DNA of 64,000 nucleotides from Zootoca vivipara. Taxonomy: Eukaryota. Location: contig NC_083280.1 of the NCBI RefSeq assembly GCF_963506605.1, positions 33,356,001-33,420,000 of the forward strand. The letters run 5' to 3'. The notes beneath the pieces are model-generated. The model made no database searches and was not told where the DNA came from. It worked only from the letters and a program-made list of their open reading frames with translations. Position 1 is the first letter of the stretch. Each line of letters opens with the position of its first letter. The position numbers and the translations under genes were made by a program. Positions 11,122 through 24,855 of this stretch are shown piece after piece.

Positions 11122-14100
11122 GATCTTTCCTGCTCCACTGTCTCCCAGGACCAAGCAAGAATTGAAGGAGGATTAGCCGAAGCAGGTTACAAGCAAACAC
11201 AGTCTTTGCCAGCTTGCATGGATAAGATACATAAACTGAGGCTGGGGGTGGGTCCTCTCTGTTGCTGCAACTGCCCCATCGGGTAGCTGAGACACATAGG
11301 ACTCTCAGGTTTTCCTAATCTGTAAGTGTACTTCTGGCAACAAAGAGTCCGCCCCATACTGGGAAGCAAGAATTATCTGATAAGATAGGAAAATGTAGAT
11401 GAAAAGAGAAGTCAGCCTCAGGAGTTAAGACTGCTCACTAGATGTTTGGGGATCAACCTTCTTCCTGCTGCAAATACCACAAACCCTCTAGTTTACATTT
11501 CTACCACCTAAGAGCTTTTTCTTTTTAGAGAACAGCAAGACAGACTGCTTTTCTTGTAAACTGACCAAATAGGCAGAAGATGTGGGGAAAGGATGGATTT
11601 TCTCATCAAGATGTCTCTCTGTGGTGTTGCTTTTTTATCATATTGCAAATGTTTTAGAAGAGAAAATCATTTGGATGAAGTCACTGGGAGAACCAGTGAG
11701 CAAATAATTCTGCACATTTGGTTCTCCTGAAACAAGGGTTTGGCAATGTAAGTCACAAGTCACCTTGCTTCTTGCAAGAATGGTAGCCTGTGTAATTTGT
11801 GCAATTAGTCCGCTATGTCCCTTGATTAATCATGCTGCTGCTAGATATCTAAGGTTATCATTATGAATTCCTACAGTTTATCGAACTTTTTTTATTCCCA
11901 ACTAAAACATACCTTGATGCAGTATAGACATAGTGTTTTTCAGAAGTGTAAATAGTTTGTGTTTAGGTTTAGTGACAGATGAGAAGCATATCAGTTACAA
12001 GTGGGCCTCCCATACTATATTGGGGGGAACCTTAGTGGACAGAAGCACTGACTTGCTATTACACTGCTTTAATAAAAAAAAACCCTAGTTCAAAACTCAT
12101 ATTTACTCACACTTCTGTAAAACAGGTCATACTAAATCACTTAATGACAGCCGTGATTTGTCATCAGAAAAAAGAATGAGATCAATATTCATTAATATGC
12201 AGTGGGTTACTAAGAAATAATCACATCTCTAGGCCCTACTGTCTAAAAAAGTTGAATGTTTCCTATTTTTCCATCAATATATGTGGGGGGGAAGCCACAC
12301 AGCTCTTTTAATATTTCTTTAAAATGTTTACTTTGATCAATGGCAAGTGTTGGTTGTAGGACTATAAATCAGAAGTGACATTTGCAAAAGCCTGTCTAGC
12401 TTATGACATATCGGACAACAATAAACATGATGTGTCAGCCTGATCTGCTTTATATTTAACACTACCAAAAAACATTTGCTCAGATATAGCCAGTGCAATC
12501 TGCTTTATCCTTTGTTGATAAATCAGTTCTACGCCTACTACAAACCACTACAGAGTGTGAGGTATAACAATACTCCAACATAGAAAAATATAACTGTACC
12601 TCAAGTTATAGCATTAGAAGATTTCAAACCCCAAAGAGCAGCCAAAAATGGGAATCTTCCGCCTTGATATTACTTTGTTATACAGATTTTGTTTTGACTT
12701 CTATATTAATAATTAAGGGATTCAAATGGAAAAATCAGATGGGGGTTGTTTGTTTGTTACTAGGTTATATATTTTTGTGTTTTTATATATTGTAAACTGC
12801 CCTGTGATCCTCACATGAAAAGTGGTATAGAAATTTAATAAATAAATAAAATGCCAAGTTTCCTTTTCTTCTTAAAAAGAAAGGTGACTCCTCATTAGTA
12901 CTCTCCTAAGGAGAACCCTGCAGATGGCTCAGTGGATATGCACATACTCTCATTTATAGTGCAATGTTGTAGTTTTTCCTCAATCTAGAATCGTTTGTGC
13001 TCATCAGTGTTAACATGTTGCTTTCAGTCTAGATTGATTTTAGATCCTGCTGTATACATGGGTGGCTTGGGTTCCATATACACATGTAAAAGCCCTCCCT
13101 TTGATTAGGGTATCCATGCTTTCGTCCCCTGCATATCTCAGGTGAATGAAGAAGAAAGAAGTGATTGTGTTCTTGGTATAGCCACCCACAACATCACTGT
13201 GCAGGTGTAGACACACACACCATTGTCAAGACCACCACCTACACCTGTTTTTGATCGGACACACTGCTGTGTAATGTAGAATCAATCTGCAATGAGCTTT
13301 CTCTTTGCCCGCCTGCCCCAGAATGAAACAAATTTTTCAATAACTCCTTTGTAATGATACAAAATATTTGATGTATCTAGATTGTGTGTGGACTATATAC
13401 AAAAAACATGTACTCCGTTTCCATTGGTTCTAGAAATGTCAGGTGACACGTCCAATTACCCCCCCCCAAAAAAAATCTGTACCTTCATCTGCTAAAAAAA
13501 AAAGGCACCTCACAAGCTCACATCTATTTTGGCTGTGTTCTGCCCAGGAATCATAACCTCCCTCTGCATTGTGTCTTTGCAGTGACACACTCAAATACAA
13601 ACTTAAATAATTGCTCTGATTCAAGTGGCAATGACACAGACGCTTAGAGGAGTGCTTCACTTTAAGAGGACAGGGGACCACAAGATGTAAAAGTGACCAA
13701 CAGAAACTACCACCTTTCATCACAGTATGGCAAGCATGCTATACTATCTGCCTACCTCAACTGGTGGTTAGGGAAGGTGGGACTGGGGGCTTTATGTGTT
13801 CTGTTCCTGTTGGTCTCAGACCAACTCCAGAGACTGCAAGACACCAGGCAGCGTTCACTTGAAACTAAGCCATGCAAGGCTGCTTCTTGCATGCTTTCCC
13901 TTTTCCATAGGCTTAAGGTGTGCTGCAAAGCTCCACAATGTCTCACATTGAAAAATTAGATTTTCCTCAATCAACAGGTGAGAATGTGATGCCAATTTAA
14001 GAATAACAGTTTTAAGCAAATACAAAAACAGAAGCAAGTCGGGAAATACACAATCCCCAGAGAGACTGTCGTTAAGTTCAAGACATACTATTACAGTAAC

Positions 14101-15599
14101 AATTACTGTTGCTGTTGATATTATTTGACTAATCAGCCATGCATAGTTAGCACTATGTTATCCAGTTCCCATTTGACTGATCATAATCATGTTCAAATTG
14201 GATAAAGTAGTTCGTCACCATCAGCCATGAAGCTAATGGCAATTGGCAGTCTCAAGGTTCCCACCACCACCCATAAACTCCTTTTCCAAAACACATTTTC
14301 TGTATTACTGATCAAGCATTTATGAAGCTGAGAACCTCATTACATCAGAATCTCTGATATCTATCTTTCTTTCACCTCATCACAAATAGTTGGATGTGGG
14401 AGATGCTTTAGGAAGTTAACAGCAAACGCTAAATGCTGGGCAGGTAAGATATTAGCAGTTACTTAGCTAATTAAAAGTGCTCCGAGACCCAGCTGTGCTC
14501 CTGGATGCTTTGTTTATGACTATGGCCAGTCATAAACTGCAACCCAGCCAGATGGGTGGGGTATAAATGATAAAATCATTATGGTGTACCATAACATCAT
14601 ACTTGAGTGTAGAAAAGGGACCCTGCATTAGTGATTTTGAAACCAGAATGGGCTAGGAGTTATTTCAGTGTATTTTTCGACTGGCAAGCTGTGTTTTCTC
14701 CACTGTTTTCTATTATAGCAGCTGCAATAAATGTAAACAGCTAATTCGAGCTCTTTACTAAGCAAAACACACTCTTCTAGACAAAATAGATTGACAAGAT
14801 TTCAAACAGCATGGAACTGAGAATGAGCAATATATATATGTTCTTTTAATAAAAGGTCAGTCTCATTCTGGGGATGGGCTGCAAAGCAAGTGCTCTGAAT
14901 CACCACCAGGGACCAATTTCTGTTTGCCAAAGGTGATGAGTTAGAATGTAATGATAACAAGCCTCAGTTACCGAAGGGCCATTTGCTTTACAGTGCAATG
15001 TTTGGCATTTGAGCATTTTGGTCCTTTCATCACTTAAGCCACAGTTAAGAGTTCTATGTGGTAATCCAAACTACGCTAATGTGGTAAACCATATCAGGGA
15101 TTACTGGGAGACTAGGCGAATCGGGGCAGGGTGCTGTCTTGGGCTCTATGACTTCCTGTGGGACTGTACAGTCCTGCAACCTTCTGGATGTTGCTGGATC
15201 CCAACTTCCGTCATCCCTGACCATTGGACACGTCAACTGGGCTGATAGGAGTTGGAATCCCTGGGAGGGCCAGAGATTCCCCATTCCTGATTTACACCTG
15301 GTCTTTCATCCATCGTGGAACTGAAGGCAGAATCTCCCATCAAGGCACTGACCAGATGCAAAACTGTTTTGTTTCAGCCAGTACCTTACCTCAAATGCTG
15401 AAGCATCATACTGTATTGAGCTTGTTCTCAAAGCAGACCCATGACAAACCATTTCCTATTCGCCATTAATGTACATTGAAATCAGACTAATATTGCTCAT
15501 GAACACTGTCTAAAAACAATCGGCCTTCAGTTTATTGTGACTTATCTAGTCCACTACCGAACACTGCTTAGCACTTCCATAATCTCACCTGAGATTGAT

Positions 15600-16110
15600 G
15601 AAAAATGAGATACTATGCTGAGTTTTATCTCCATGGTGATTTCATCTCACTTCAATATCATTCATTCAGTGGTTTCTTGTGCATATTAAAGAACAAGGGA
15701 TACATGATGGAACCCTTAGGTATAATGAATATCACAGAAATTAGCTCCCAGTGTACTGCCGTAGTACAGTGTCCCTCCTCCTGTTTCCAGACACCTGATC
15801 TAGAATGATGTTAGAACCAAAGCTTTCAAAAGCCACAGAGAATTCCAGGATAATTAGTAGAGTTGAACTCCTTCTGTTTTTCTCCCAACATAGCTTGTCT
15901 CCCATCTATCAGGTGACCAAGACCGTCTCTTTGCAAGAGCCAGGCCTGAAATCAAACAAGATACAGTAATTAAGTTTTGTTTGAAACATTTGGAAATGTG
16001 CCTTGCCCAGGAAAGAAATATTAGCAACTGTCCAACAGATGTTATAATATATGGATCCAAGAGTGAGGCCTTCTTCAGAAGCACCTGCATAGCTCAAGAT
16101 AGCCAAGACT
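15600..16110 (-). mobile_element. Highly degenerate L2-type RT fragment
   Basis: Minus FDFRPGSCKETVLVT resembles the QSGFRPG..TETALV motif of the L2 RT at 48965. Confidence 0.5.
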
Positions 16111-17530
16111 CCTGTCTCTTGAAGGCATTAACCATTCAATTTCATCCTTAAGTGCTTCAAAAACAAGCCACAATATTTATTTTCCATTGATCCAAGTTGG
16201 AGCACACATAAAAACTCAATGAGAAACTCACAAGAACTTTCAAATTCCATTAGCTCCTGAAGAGGGATCATTCTAATAGCTGTCCCTCTTGCAAAACAAG
16301 GTTTCTCTTGCTAGGTGACAAGGGATTGCGAAAAAAAGAAGAGAAGAGAAGTCCTACAAGCAGGGGTTCCATTTTTCTATCTAGGTGAGAAAAGCAAGCA
16401 AGAGCACAACTTGACTTGCTATGTGTACCAGGTTGGTAACATGTTGGGCAGATCTAGTGGTTGTCTTCAATGGTCATGAAGTCCAAATCTCTTCCTTATC
16501 ATTAGAGGATTATGCTCCAGGTCACTGCTTGGATTCGGCGTTGCTCGCAAGTAATTACTTCAGGAAAATGTCAGCTAAATCTCTTCACATATGCAAAGCA
16601 TATAGGATTTGTGTTACATTTCACTCAACCTTGATGCAATTTCACAAAAATTTGAGCAGGCTTTGAGAAGCAGGATATATATCAGCTAGACAGTTTCAAG
16701 ACAGGCAGAGATTAAAGACTGACTCTGGGCAAAGATAACATCGATTTGTAAACAGCTTTCTAACAAGTGAAGATGGCTCCTTTTCATGCAACACACTTTG
16801 CAGACATATGTATGATCTATCAGCAAGTAACCAAGATTTGTATTCTCAAACCACACTCTGTAGAGACAAAGATAAATCATAGCAACCAGCATTTAAAGGA
16901 TCTAAAGGATTTATAGACCACTCGCATACTATGGCTATCATGAATGGGTGACTCAAAAAGAAGTCAGCTACAATAGTCTCAAGTATGAGCAATAAGTCAA
17001 ACCACCCAAGAAAAAAAATGAAATTGTAACTTTATTTGAGGCATCTCACCACAATTTTTAATATCAAATCCCAAAATACTACATTTGTTTGAAGTCAACA
17101 ATGTGTGGGCCAAACCTCCTTTATTTACTATACATGAGTTGGGCAATTCCTTACACTTGAGTCATATTCCCATGAACAGAATTTTTACAGCTAATTAAAA
17201 CACTGCTGTTTATTGCTAATGTTTTGATTTTACAGCAAATGGCCGTTTTCTATCTATATAATAAACACTATGCTCTTTTTCCTGCCAAATATCAGTACAA
17301 TATAGTTAGCGATATGTGCATTTGGCAAGACTATTAATCAAACTATGAGACAGAAAGGCATGCTGCTTTTCAATTGAAGCCTAGCTGGAATCGGTTAGTG
17401 CAAACACTATTGCAGTATAATTTGGAACATTTACAGAGGGTAGAGTTCATTTGACAGATCCTTACAAAAAATGGCTACTCCAAATGGTCTACCTTACTTA
17501 GTTTTGACCCGCTTCTTGTTTATAATATAA

Positions 17531-18506
17531 CTAGTGGATTTTAGCCCGTTTAAAAACGGGCGCTAGAGGAAGCGGCCTGCCGGGACTGGCTTGGCGGTGG
17601 CGGGTCTTCCCGCCACCACCAAGCCAGTTCGCAGCGGGGGCTTTTCGCCGTTTGCCTTCCCCTGGGGGAGGCAAACGGCGAAAAACCCCGCCGCGCCGCA
17701 ATTCGGCTCCGGGACTGGCTTGGCGGTGGCGGGTCTTCCCGCCACCGCCAAGCCAGTCCGCAGCGGGGGCTTTTCGCCGTTTGCCTTCCCCTGGGGGAGG
17801 CAAACGGCGAAAAACCTCGCCGCGCCGCAATTCGGCTCCGGGACTGGCTTGGCGGTGGCGGGTCTTCCCGCCACCGCCAAGCCAGTCCGCAGCGGGGGCT
17901 TTTCGCCGTTTGCCTTCCCCTGGGGGAGGCAAACGGCGAAAAACCCCGCCGCGCCGCAATTCGGCTCCGGGACTGGCTTGGCGGTGGCGGGTCTTCCCGC
18001 CACCGCCAAGCCAGTCCGCAGCGGGGGCTTTTCGCCGTTTGCCTTCCCTCGAGGAGGAGGCAAACGGCGAAAAACCCCGCCGCGCCGCAATTCGGCTCCG
18101 GGACTGGCTTGGCGGCGGCGGGAAAAAGGGGAGGAATTCCTCCCCTTCTTCCCGCCGCTGCCAAGCCAAAGCGGGCCTCCCTCCGCGCCCGCTGCCGCTT
18201 CGGCTTCCTCGGGTTCCCCGAGGAAGCGCCGTCCCATGCCGGAGGTGTGCGGCAAGGCTGCCGGGGGGGGGAGCGCTTCTCTCCCCCGCCGCCTCACCGC
18301 GCACCTCCAGCATGAGACTGGGCTTCGGAGCGGCGGTTGGCGGAGCGGCAGTTGGCTGTTCCCTGTGTCCCGAGAGCACGGGTCCAATCCCTGTGTCCCT
18401 GGTTGTCCCTCCGTCCAATCCCTGTGTCTCTGGGGGACATGCGCAGTACCCCAGGGACACACGGGACATCTGGACGCAGGGACAACATGGACATTATTAT
18501 ATAGGA
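17531..18506 (-). mobile_element. Non-autonomous Helitron (976 bp)
   Basis: Minus 5' end TCCTATATAATAA; 3' end CTAG preceded by hairpin GCCCGTTT/AAACGGGC (17544-17561); inserted between A and T with no TSD. Confidence 0.85.
17581..18165. repeat. GC-rich tandem array, 129-bp unit, ~4.5 copies, two hairpins per unit
   Basis: Unit starts at 17581, 17710, 17839, 17968 and 18099; 21-bp stem GACTGGCTTGGCGGTGGCGGG/CCCGCCACCGCCAAGCCAGTC and a second stem TTTTCGCCGTTTGCCT/AGGCAAACGGCGAAAA. Confidence 0.95.
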
Positions 18507-19880
18507 TTTTAGAACAATTGACTCAACCTCTACTATCCCAGTCCCTTAAATGGGGAGGAGTCATAGGTTAGAGCATGTACCTTAAATGTAGAAGGCCCAT
18601 GGTTCATACAGAAGGATCTCAAATAGATGAGCTCGGTTGGGGGATAAAATGCTGCCTGAGATATTTGGAGAGGCACTGCTGGTCAGGATTTTTTTTTAAG
18701 GCATACATTTATAAATTCAAAGCAGAATTCTGTATAATCAATCAATGATAATTAATCCGTAGAACAAATGTGGTACAGAGGTTTGCTACAATGGCTAGTG
18801 TGGTTTGGATGGAGAGATCTTAAAAGTTCATTAGGAGGATTGGGGTAAGTTGGGGCCAGATCTCTCACAAAGTTGTCATATTTTAAAAATAAACGCTTAC
18901 TAATTTGGCACTGGAGTCTAAAACTTTAAGGTATTATGAAAACATTGGTTCCAAAGAATTCCGAGTGCAAATTTTTGGTTCAATACCACCTGTATTGATT
19001 AAAAAAAACACCTTATAAACACCCTCTGAATCTGAAATACAGCTCTAAACTTATTTCTGATCTTCAGATATGTACCTGATAGCAAATTAGAAAAAAATAA
19101 TAGTACTGTACAGTAGTCCTGAAATCTACTTAAACCCATCCAAGCTTTTATATTTTTATATTTGTTGCCTCATTGGACCTTACTTCCTCTTCTTGATTCT
19201 TGTTACTTTGTTTATTGCAGTAAGTTAGTACCAATGATGGCAGGATCCTTTGATTATGTGCAATGCGCTATGATGCAATTCTTAGAGACATCCTGGCTGT
19301 AGAGGTCTATAAATCAAAGCCACTTTCAAAATGCAACTCAAAAGATTTATTATCCATTTCTCAGAATTCAAATGTATTGCTTCCTACTAGTGCCACATAC
19401 AATTCAGTTGTCAGGGCCAACCCTGGCTATTTTACTGGCATGAGCAAAAAGACAGTCTCTGCAACACTGTTGAAAATCAGATTACCTTCCAGACATATTT
19501 ATATATTTCCAACTTTCAGCAGTCTTTCTGATATACCACCTCTCCCCTGCATTTCAAAGGGAGCATCACCAGCCCCAGGTAGCATGGTCAGTGGTCAGGG
19601 ATTATGAGAGTTGTAATCTAAAAAATCTGGAGGGCGCTACGTTGGCTACACATGTGCTACACAACTATAACCTTCTTTTCAATCTGCAACACAACACACC
19701 TTAGTTCAGATACAAGTTTTTTATGTTGCCTGGAGCAATCAGCAAATGCCCACACCCCACACTATAAGTCAAAGTCTACAGTTCCCAAAAATGGCAAAAT
19801 TATTCTGAGGGGGTGTGTGTGTTGCTCTGTCTTTACATACAAAATCATTTGCTTAAGGCAATGTCCACACTCTGTATAGT

Positions 19881-21667
19881 GGTAAAGGTAAAGGTAAAGG
19901 TAAAGGGACTCCTAACCTTTAGGTCAAGTCACAGATGACTCTGGGGTTGGGGCGCACATCTTGCTTTACTGGCCGAGGGAGCCAGCGTACAGCTTCAAGG
20001 TCATGTGGCCAGCATGACAAAGCCGCTTCTGGTGAACCAGAGCAGTACACGGAAACACTGTTTACCTTCCCGCTGTAGCGGTACCTATTTATCTTTTTGT
20101 TCCCCCAAATGATGTTTATTGATTTTCAAAGAATACAAAAACTACAAAATACATAAAAACAAAAATAACACACACGAAAAAAGGAAAAAACTAAAAAGAA
20201 AAAAGAAAAAACATTCAATAATAACAATCTTTCTATACACTTAACATTGTTGACTTCCTCGACTCCCACCACACTGGGTCCATTTCTAAATCCAACTTAG
20301 GCAATTTTCATATTATATCTTAAATCATTTCCCAACATTTATATATTTCCATTCCCTTCAATTGTTCTTAATCTATATCAACAATTATCCTTAACCTTTA
20401 ATCATCAAATAATGCTAACCAATAATTAATTTCCCAACTATCTATTTTCTATTTCATCCCTTAGCCTAAAACTAATTCCCAAAAATACCCATAGAATCAA
20501 ACATTACTTCTTATATCCCAATAACATTTAAGCATTAACATCTAATTCACACACACCCCTCCCCTGGTCCCGGTATCTCCCAGACGGCACAGCCAGTTCC
20601 ATAATTCAATCCAGTATCAGACCATCCTAGGCAATCAGAAAATTGCATTTTCATGAATTTCATCCCACCCCCACTCTGTCTTGGCCTGTCAGCCACTCAT
20701 CCCTCTTCCTCTCCTGCTGTCTCCCCAATTCATTAACTGATGCACGATGCCAACCGCTTAACTTGTTCTACCTTCCCCATTCTACCTTCCCCATTGTCTC
20801 CCCACTTCCCCAACCATTGTACAGAGCCATCCTCCTAAGTTTCCCCTTTTCATTCCTTTCACAACTTTTATTCCCCTTGAATTCCAACCCCAGTGTAGAA
20901 ACTGCCCCCTCTCTCTCACTGAGAGAGCATTATTCCACACTTGCTTGACTTTAGAAACCTTTTGAGTCAGGCAAGGATCTTGCCCCCCCCCCCTCACTGG
21001 AGGAACAACATTCCATGCCTCTTCCTCTTCTTTAGGGTCTGTTGCATTGTCCCGGAATAATGATTGCTCATCTTTCATCTCTAGTTTGACACGGCTCTGG
21101 TTCATTTTTTCAATCTGTATTGTATTCTGTTGCACATCGTCTTTCAATTCCCACAGGAGTTTCAGAAATTCCTCTTGGAAGTCAACAAAGTCAGGCGACA
21201 TTGTGTGTCTAGTGGCATCCTTCACACCTCAAATTTCCTTGGCACAGCAGAATTGTAAAGCAGGAAATTGTGCAGTTATATTTCCAATCCTCGAAAACGA
21301 AAGTTTTGTCCAAACTGGGGACAGTTTATCATTTTAAATTCTTACTCATACATTTTATTTCCATATACTTTTATGGAGAAGGCATTTAGCATTCATAGCC
21401 ATATGTTTTTATATTTACTCCACTTCCCACAGTTCACAACCTTGAACAATCCTTTCTTTTTATAATGTACTAATAACAACTCGCTGACTCCTCCAGGGCG
21501 GAGTGCTACCTATTTATCTACTTGCACTGCATGCTTTTGAACTGCTAGGTTGGCAGGAGCTGGGACCGAACAACGGGAGCTCACCTCGTCACGGGGATTC
21601 CAACCGCTGACCTTCTGATCGGCAAGCCCTAGGCTCTGTGGTTTAACCCACAGCGCCACCCACGTCC
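19881..21667 (-). mobile_element. Sauria SINE (19881-20094 plus 21507-21667) split by a nested insertion
   Basis: (GGTAAA)n tail at 19881, head at ~21667; the halves rejoin at the duplicated TACCTATTTATCT. Confidence 0.9.
20095..21506 (-). mobile_element. 1.4-kb polyadenylated L1-like non-autonomous insert with a short coiled-coil-like ORF and no ORF2
   Basis: 13-bp TSD TACCTATTTATCT (20082-20094 and 21507-21519); minus-strand AATAAA and short A tail at the left end; ORF 20782-21225 (FQEEFLKLLWELKDDVQQNTIQIEKMNQ). Confidence 0.7.
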
Positions 21668-23773
21668 TGCATAGTAGTAGTAGGGCTGCCTAAAAAGAAA
21701 AAAACCAGGCCTAACAGTGGAGCTCTCTATAGCAAATAGCCCTCCCAACCTAGCCTTGCTTCAGCACCATATATAACCTTGGCTGTAGACATTTTTTTTG
21801 TCTCTCTTACCATTCAAAGTACAGAAGCCGACCACATTGGTACTTGAAACTTACTTCCAACAGGGTAATTCAAACGATAGCAGATACCGAGACAGAGATT
21901 AATGTAGTAATATTGCATTGGCCAGGAGAGCCTGATTTCCTGAGCTGGCCAGCAGGGACTCTTGAAATATACATAATAAAGGACCACTGATGGATCCACA
22001 CTCAAATCAATCCAAGTGAGTTGCTTGAAGGTTGAGTTACAGCTCTTGTAGAAGTTTAGATATGCTGATCACATTTTGACAATAGTGGCATCCAGGCAGA
22101 AGTCTACAAACCAGGTACTGTACATATATCCATTTAACGTGGAAAGTACTTCCCATAGACAACTCCATCCACAAAACTTTCATGCATACATGTATATTAG
22201 TTCTTTCCTGGTACATTGTTCCTTCAGTGAGAATATGGCATAGCCGCTGTGAGCAGGCACTTTTTTCTACTGGGCAGGCAAGCTATAAAATAATCATTTT
22301 TTGTTTTTTGTTTTTTTGCAAAATATCAAATACAGCTAAGCTACCACCAAGTACAAAGCATAGCCTTATCCTCTTTAAATCCATTCACTGTAGATCTCAT
22401 TTAAAGGCTTTCTGGGGGGAAATGGCTTTGAACAATAGTTACTCTCAGCTCAACAAGTATTCTTTGCAAGCCATTGACAAAGAGCTGTCAACCATAACCT
22501 GACAGGCAATTCACTAGGACTAATAGCTCTCACAAAACTGTGCAAGTGTTCTGCAAGTTCCCACTTGCTTTAATAATTGTTGACACCCCTTGACAAGGGT
22601 ATGCTAGTGACAAGAACAATTCTCTCTGTGTGGACACAGTTTACATCCAGATCAGCAGCCCCTTGCAATTCTTTGCATCAAAAGGCAAATAGCTATTTTT
22701 TTACCCCTATTGTATATTTGAACTAGAAGCACTATAACTAATGGGCACAATAGGCAGCAATCAAATACATGGCCCAGCAGTATTTATATGACCAATACAT
22801 CATTCTTTTAAAATAGGGTGCAAAAAGCCACAAGTATGGTATTAAATGCTTTAAACAAAATACAATGGACCCTGTCATGAATAGTCCTTCGCTGAGTATG
22901 CTGTGAGCTCTGGGTCAATGTATTTGCTTATACAAAAGAATAAAAGGAATACTGCAACATTTTAACAATCAAGAATTTAAACTAGACCATTTTTAGACTT
23001 TGCTGTTGTTTACTTTATTCAATGTTTTCAGGCTGTGTTTCAAGGAAGCTTCCAGAATAAATACAACCAAATACATCAAACTGTTATTAAAGATAACAAA
23101 ACAACTACAACAACAGAGGGGGGGGAAGGACAACAGAATCTATCGCCCTACACAAGCTGTTTCTATGGGACAGAGATGCCAGAGTCAGGGATGTGACTTG
23201 CTGGTAATGATTATTTTGAGATGAGTGGAAGCCTGCCAGACCTGGGTGACAGGAGAAAGACTGAACTATGACTTTGGAGGTTTGGGAGGCTCAGGTTCTT
23301 GGGGAGGGCTATGCCCCACTTTGTCAAACAGATGCGGCTCCACCACAAGCACATCTGGATGTCTGGATGCAGAAGAGAACTCCCACATATCCTCTCTCTG
23401 CATCCAATCCAGGAAATCACTGTTGTAGGACTCAGTGCCCTCACAGCAGGAACTGCCACCATCACTATTGATGCACGCAACAGCTGTATGACAGAAAGTG
23501 ATATAGACGTATAAGGCAGAGGAGGAAGAAGGGACAGGGACAGGGAACGGTTAATGTACAGACCCAAAACATAACTGAGCCCAATTTCACAAGAATTTGT
23601 AGACATTGGAAAGCGTATTATTATTATTATTATTTTAAAAACTTAGCATCTTACTTGCAGCAGATATGACAGTCTTTTCCCCATCATTTAAACTGATTTT
23701 TACTCTTTTAGTATATTAATATAAAAACTAGTTTTTCTTGCAAGCTGCTTTGGTTTGGTTTTTGTTTCTTTTA

Positions 23774-23774
<1 letters not shown>

Positions 23775-23821
<47 letters not shown>
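23775..23821. repeat. (TG)n microsatellite
   Basis: Direct reading. Confidence 0.95.
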
Positions 23822-23823
<2 letters not shown>

Positions 23824-24049
23824 GACAGTCACTCACATATATTAGATATTAGATATTAAGACTGAATTATTGTAATGCATTCTCTTTCTTTTTAATGAGA
23901 TTTTAAACTCTTGGGCTTCTAAATTTTGATGGTTAACTAACATTTTAAACCTTGTGTATTTGATTGTTGCACACCCCTTTGAGATCTACATGGTGAAAAG
24001 TGGGATATAATTCTTTAACTTACAGAATGAATGAATGAATGAATGAATG

Positions 24050-24580
24050 AATGAATGCAGGCCTGCTCCAGATAGTGCATAATGTGGCACTTATGTTGCT
24101 GGTGGGAGCAGACAGCTGACAGCATGTGTCACCACATCTTTGCTAAAACATCTGCATTGGCTGTCCATATGCTACTGGGCCAGGTTAAAGGCTCTTCCGT
24201 TGATATATAAGGTCCTGAACATTGTGGGCCCGAGATGCCTCAAGGCCTGTCTCAGTCTTTACATCCCATCTCAATCTCTGGGATGACCTGGAGGAGCGCT
24301 GTTAGTTGTCCCTCGTGTTACAGAGGCCTGAGCGGCCTCAACCAAAAGGCACTGTTGGACACATGCTGTGAAACACCCTTCCAGCACATAGTTGGCAGGC
24401 ATCCTTGCTTCTGATGGCTTTTTAAAAAAATTGCTCGCAGGCTGCTTAAAATCTTGATTAGCTAGGCATCTTAATGATTGCTTCGCATTGCTTTGAAATA
24501 GTTTTTCATGTTTTACCATTTACATATTGTTGAACACTGCCTTGATATTTTATGAGAGGTTGGTATATAAAATACAGATT
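24050..24580 (+). mobile_element. Old L2-type 3' fragment
   Basis: ctccagatagtgcataatgtggc...catctgcattggctgtcc (LQ.VQN.AA / LHWL motifs) followed by an AT-rich tail. Confidence 0.55.
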
Positions 24581-24719
24581 GAATGTGTTCCTGATTGAAA
24601 CAGGTTCATGAATTTATTTGAGTACAATCACCATAGCTGAGACATTAGTTGCTCTTGAAGTGCAGCCAAGAGGCATTCTAAAACAAAGGGCATTGCGAAT
24701 CTACCCTCAATCTCTAGAG

Positions 24720-24855
24720 CAGGCATCCCCAAACTTCGGTCCTCCAGATGTTTTGGACTACAATTCCCATCTTCCCCGACCACTGGTCTTGTTACCTAGG
24801 GATCATGGGAGTTGTAGGCCAAAACATCTGGAGGGCTGCAGTTTGGGGATGCCTG
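24720..24855. mobile_element. hAT MITE (URR1-like), 136 bp
   Basis: TIR CAGGCATCCCCAAACT/AGTTTGGGGATGCCTG; perfect 8-bp TSD CTCTAGAG. Confidence 0.9.

Noticed and set aside
17581-18165. CRISPR-like array of palindromic repeats
   Set aside because: Units are identical end to end with no unique spacers, there are no cas genes, and the context is eukaryotic
17531-18571. 200-326 aa ORFs in five frames with 43-aa repeats
   Set aside because: A by-product of a stop-poor, GC-rich 129-bp (multiple of 3) tandem repeat inside a Helitron
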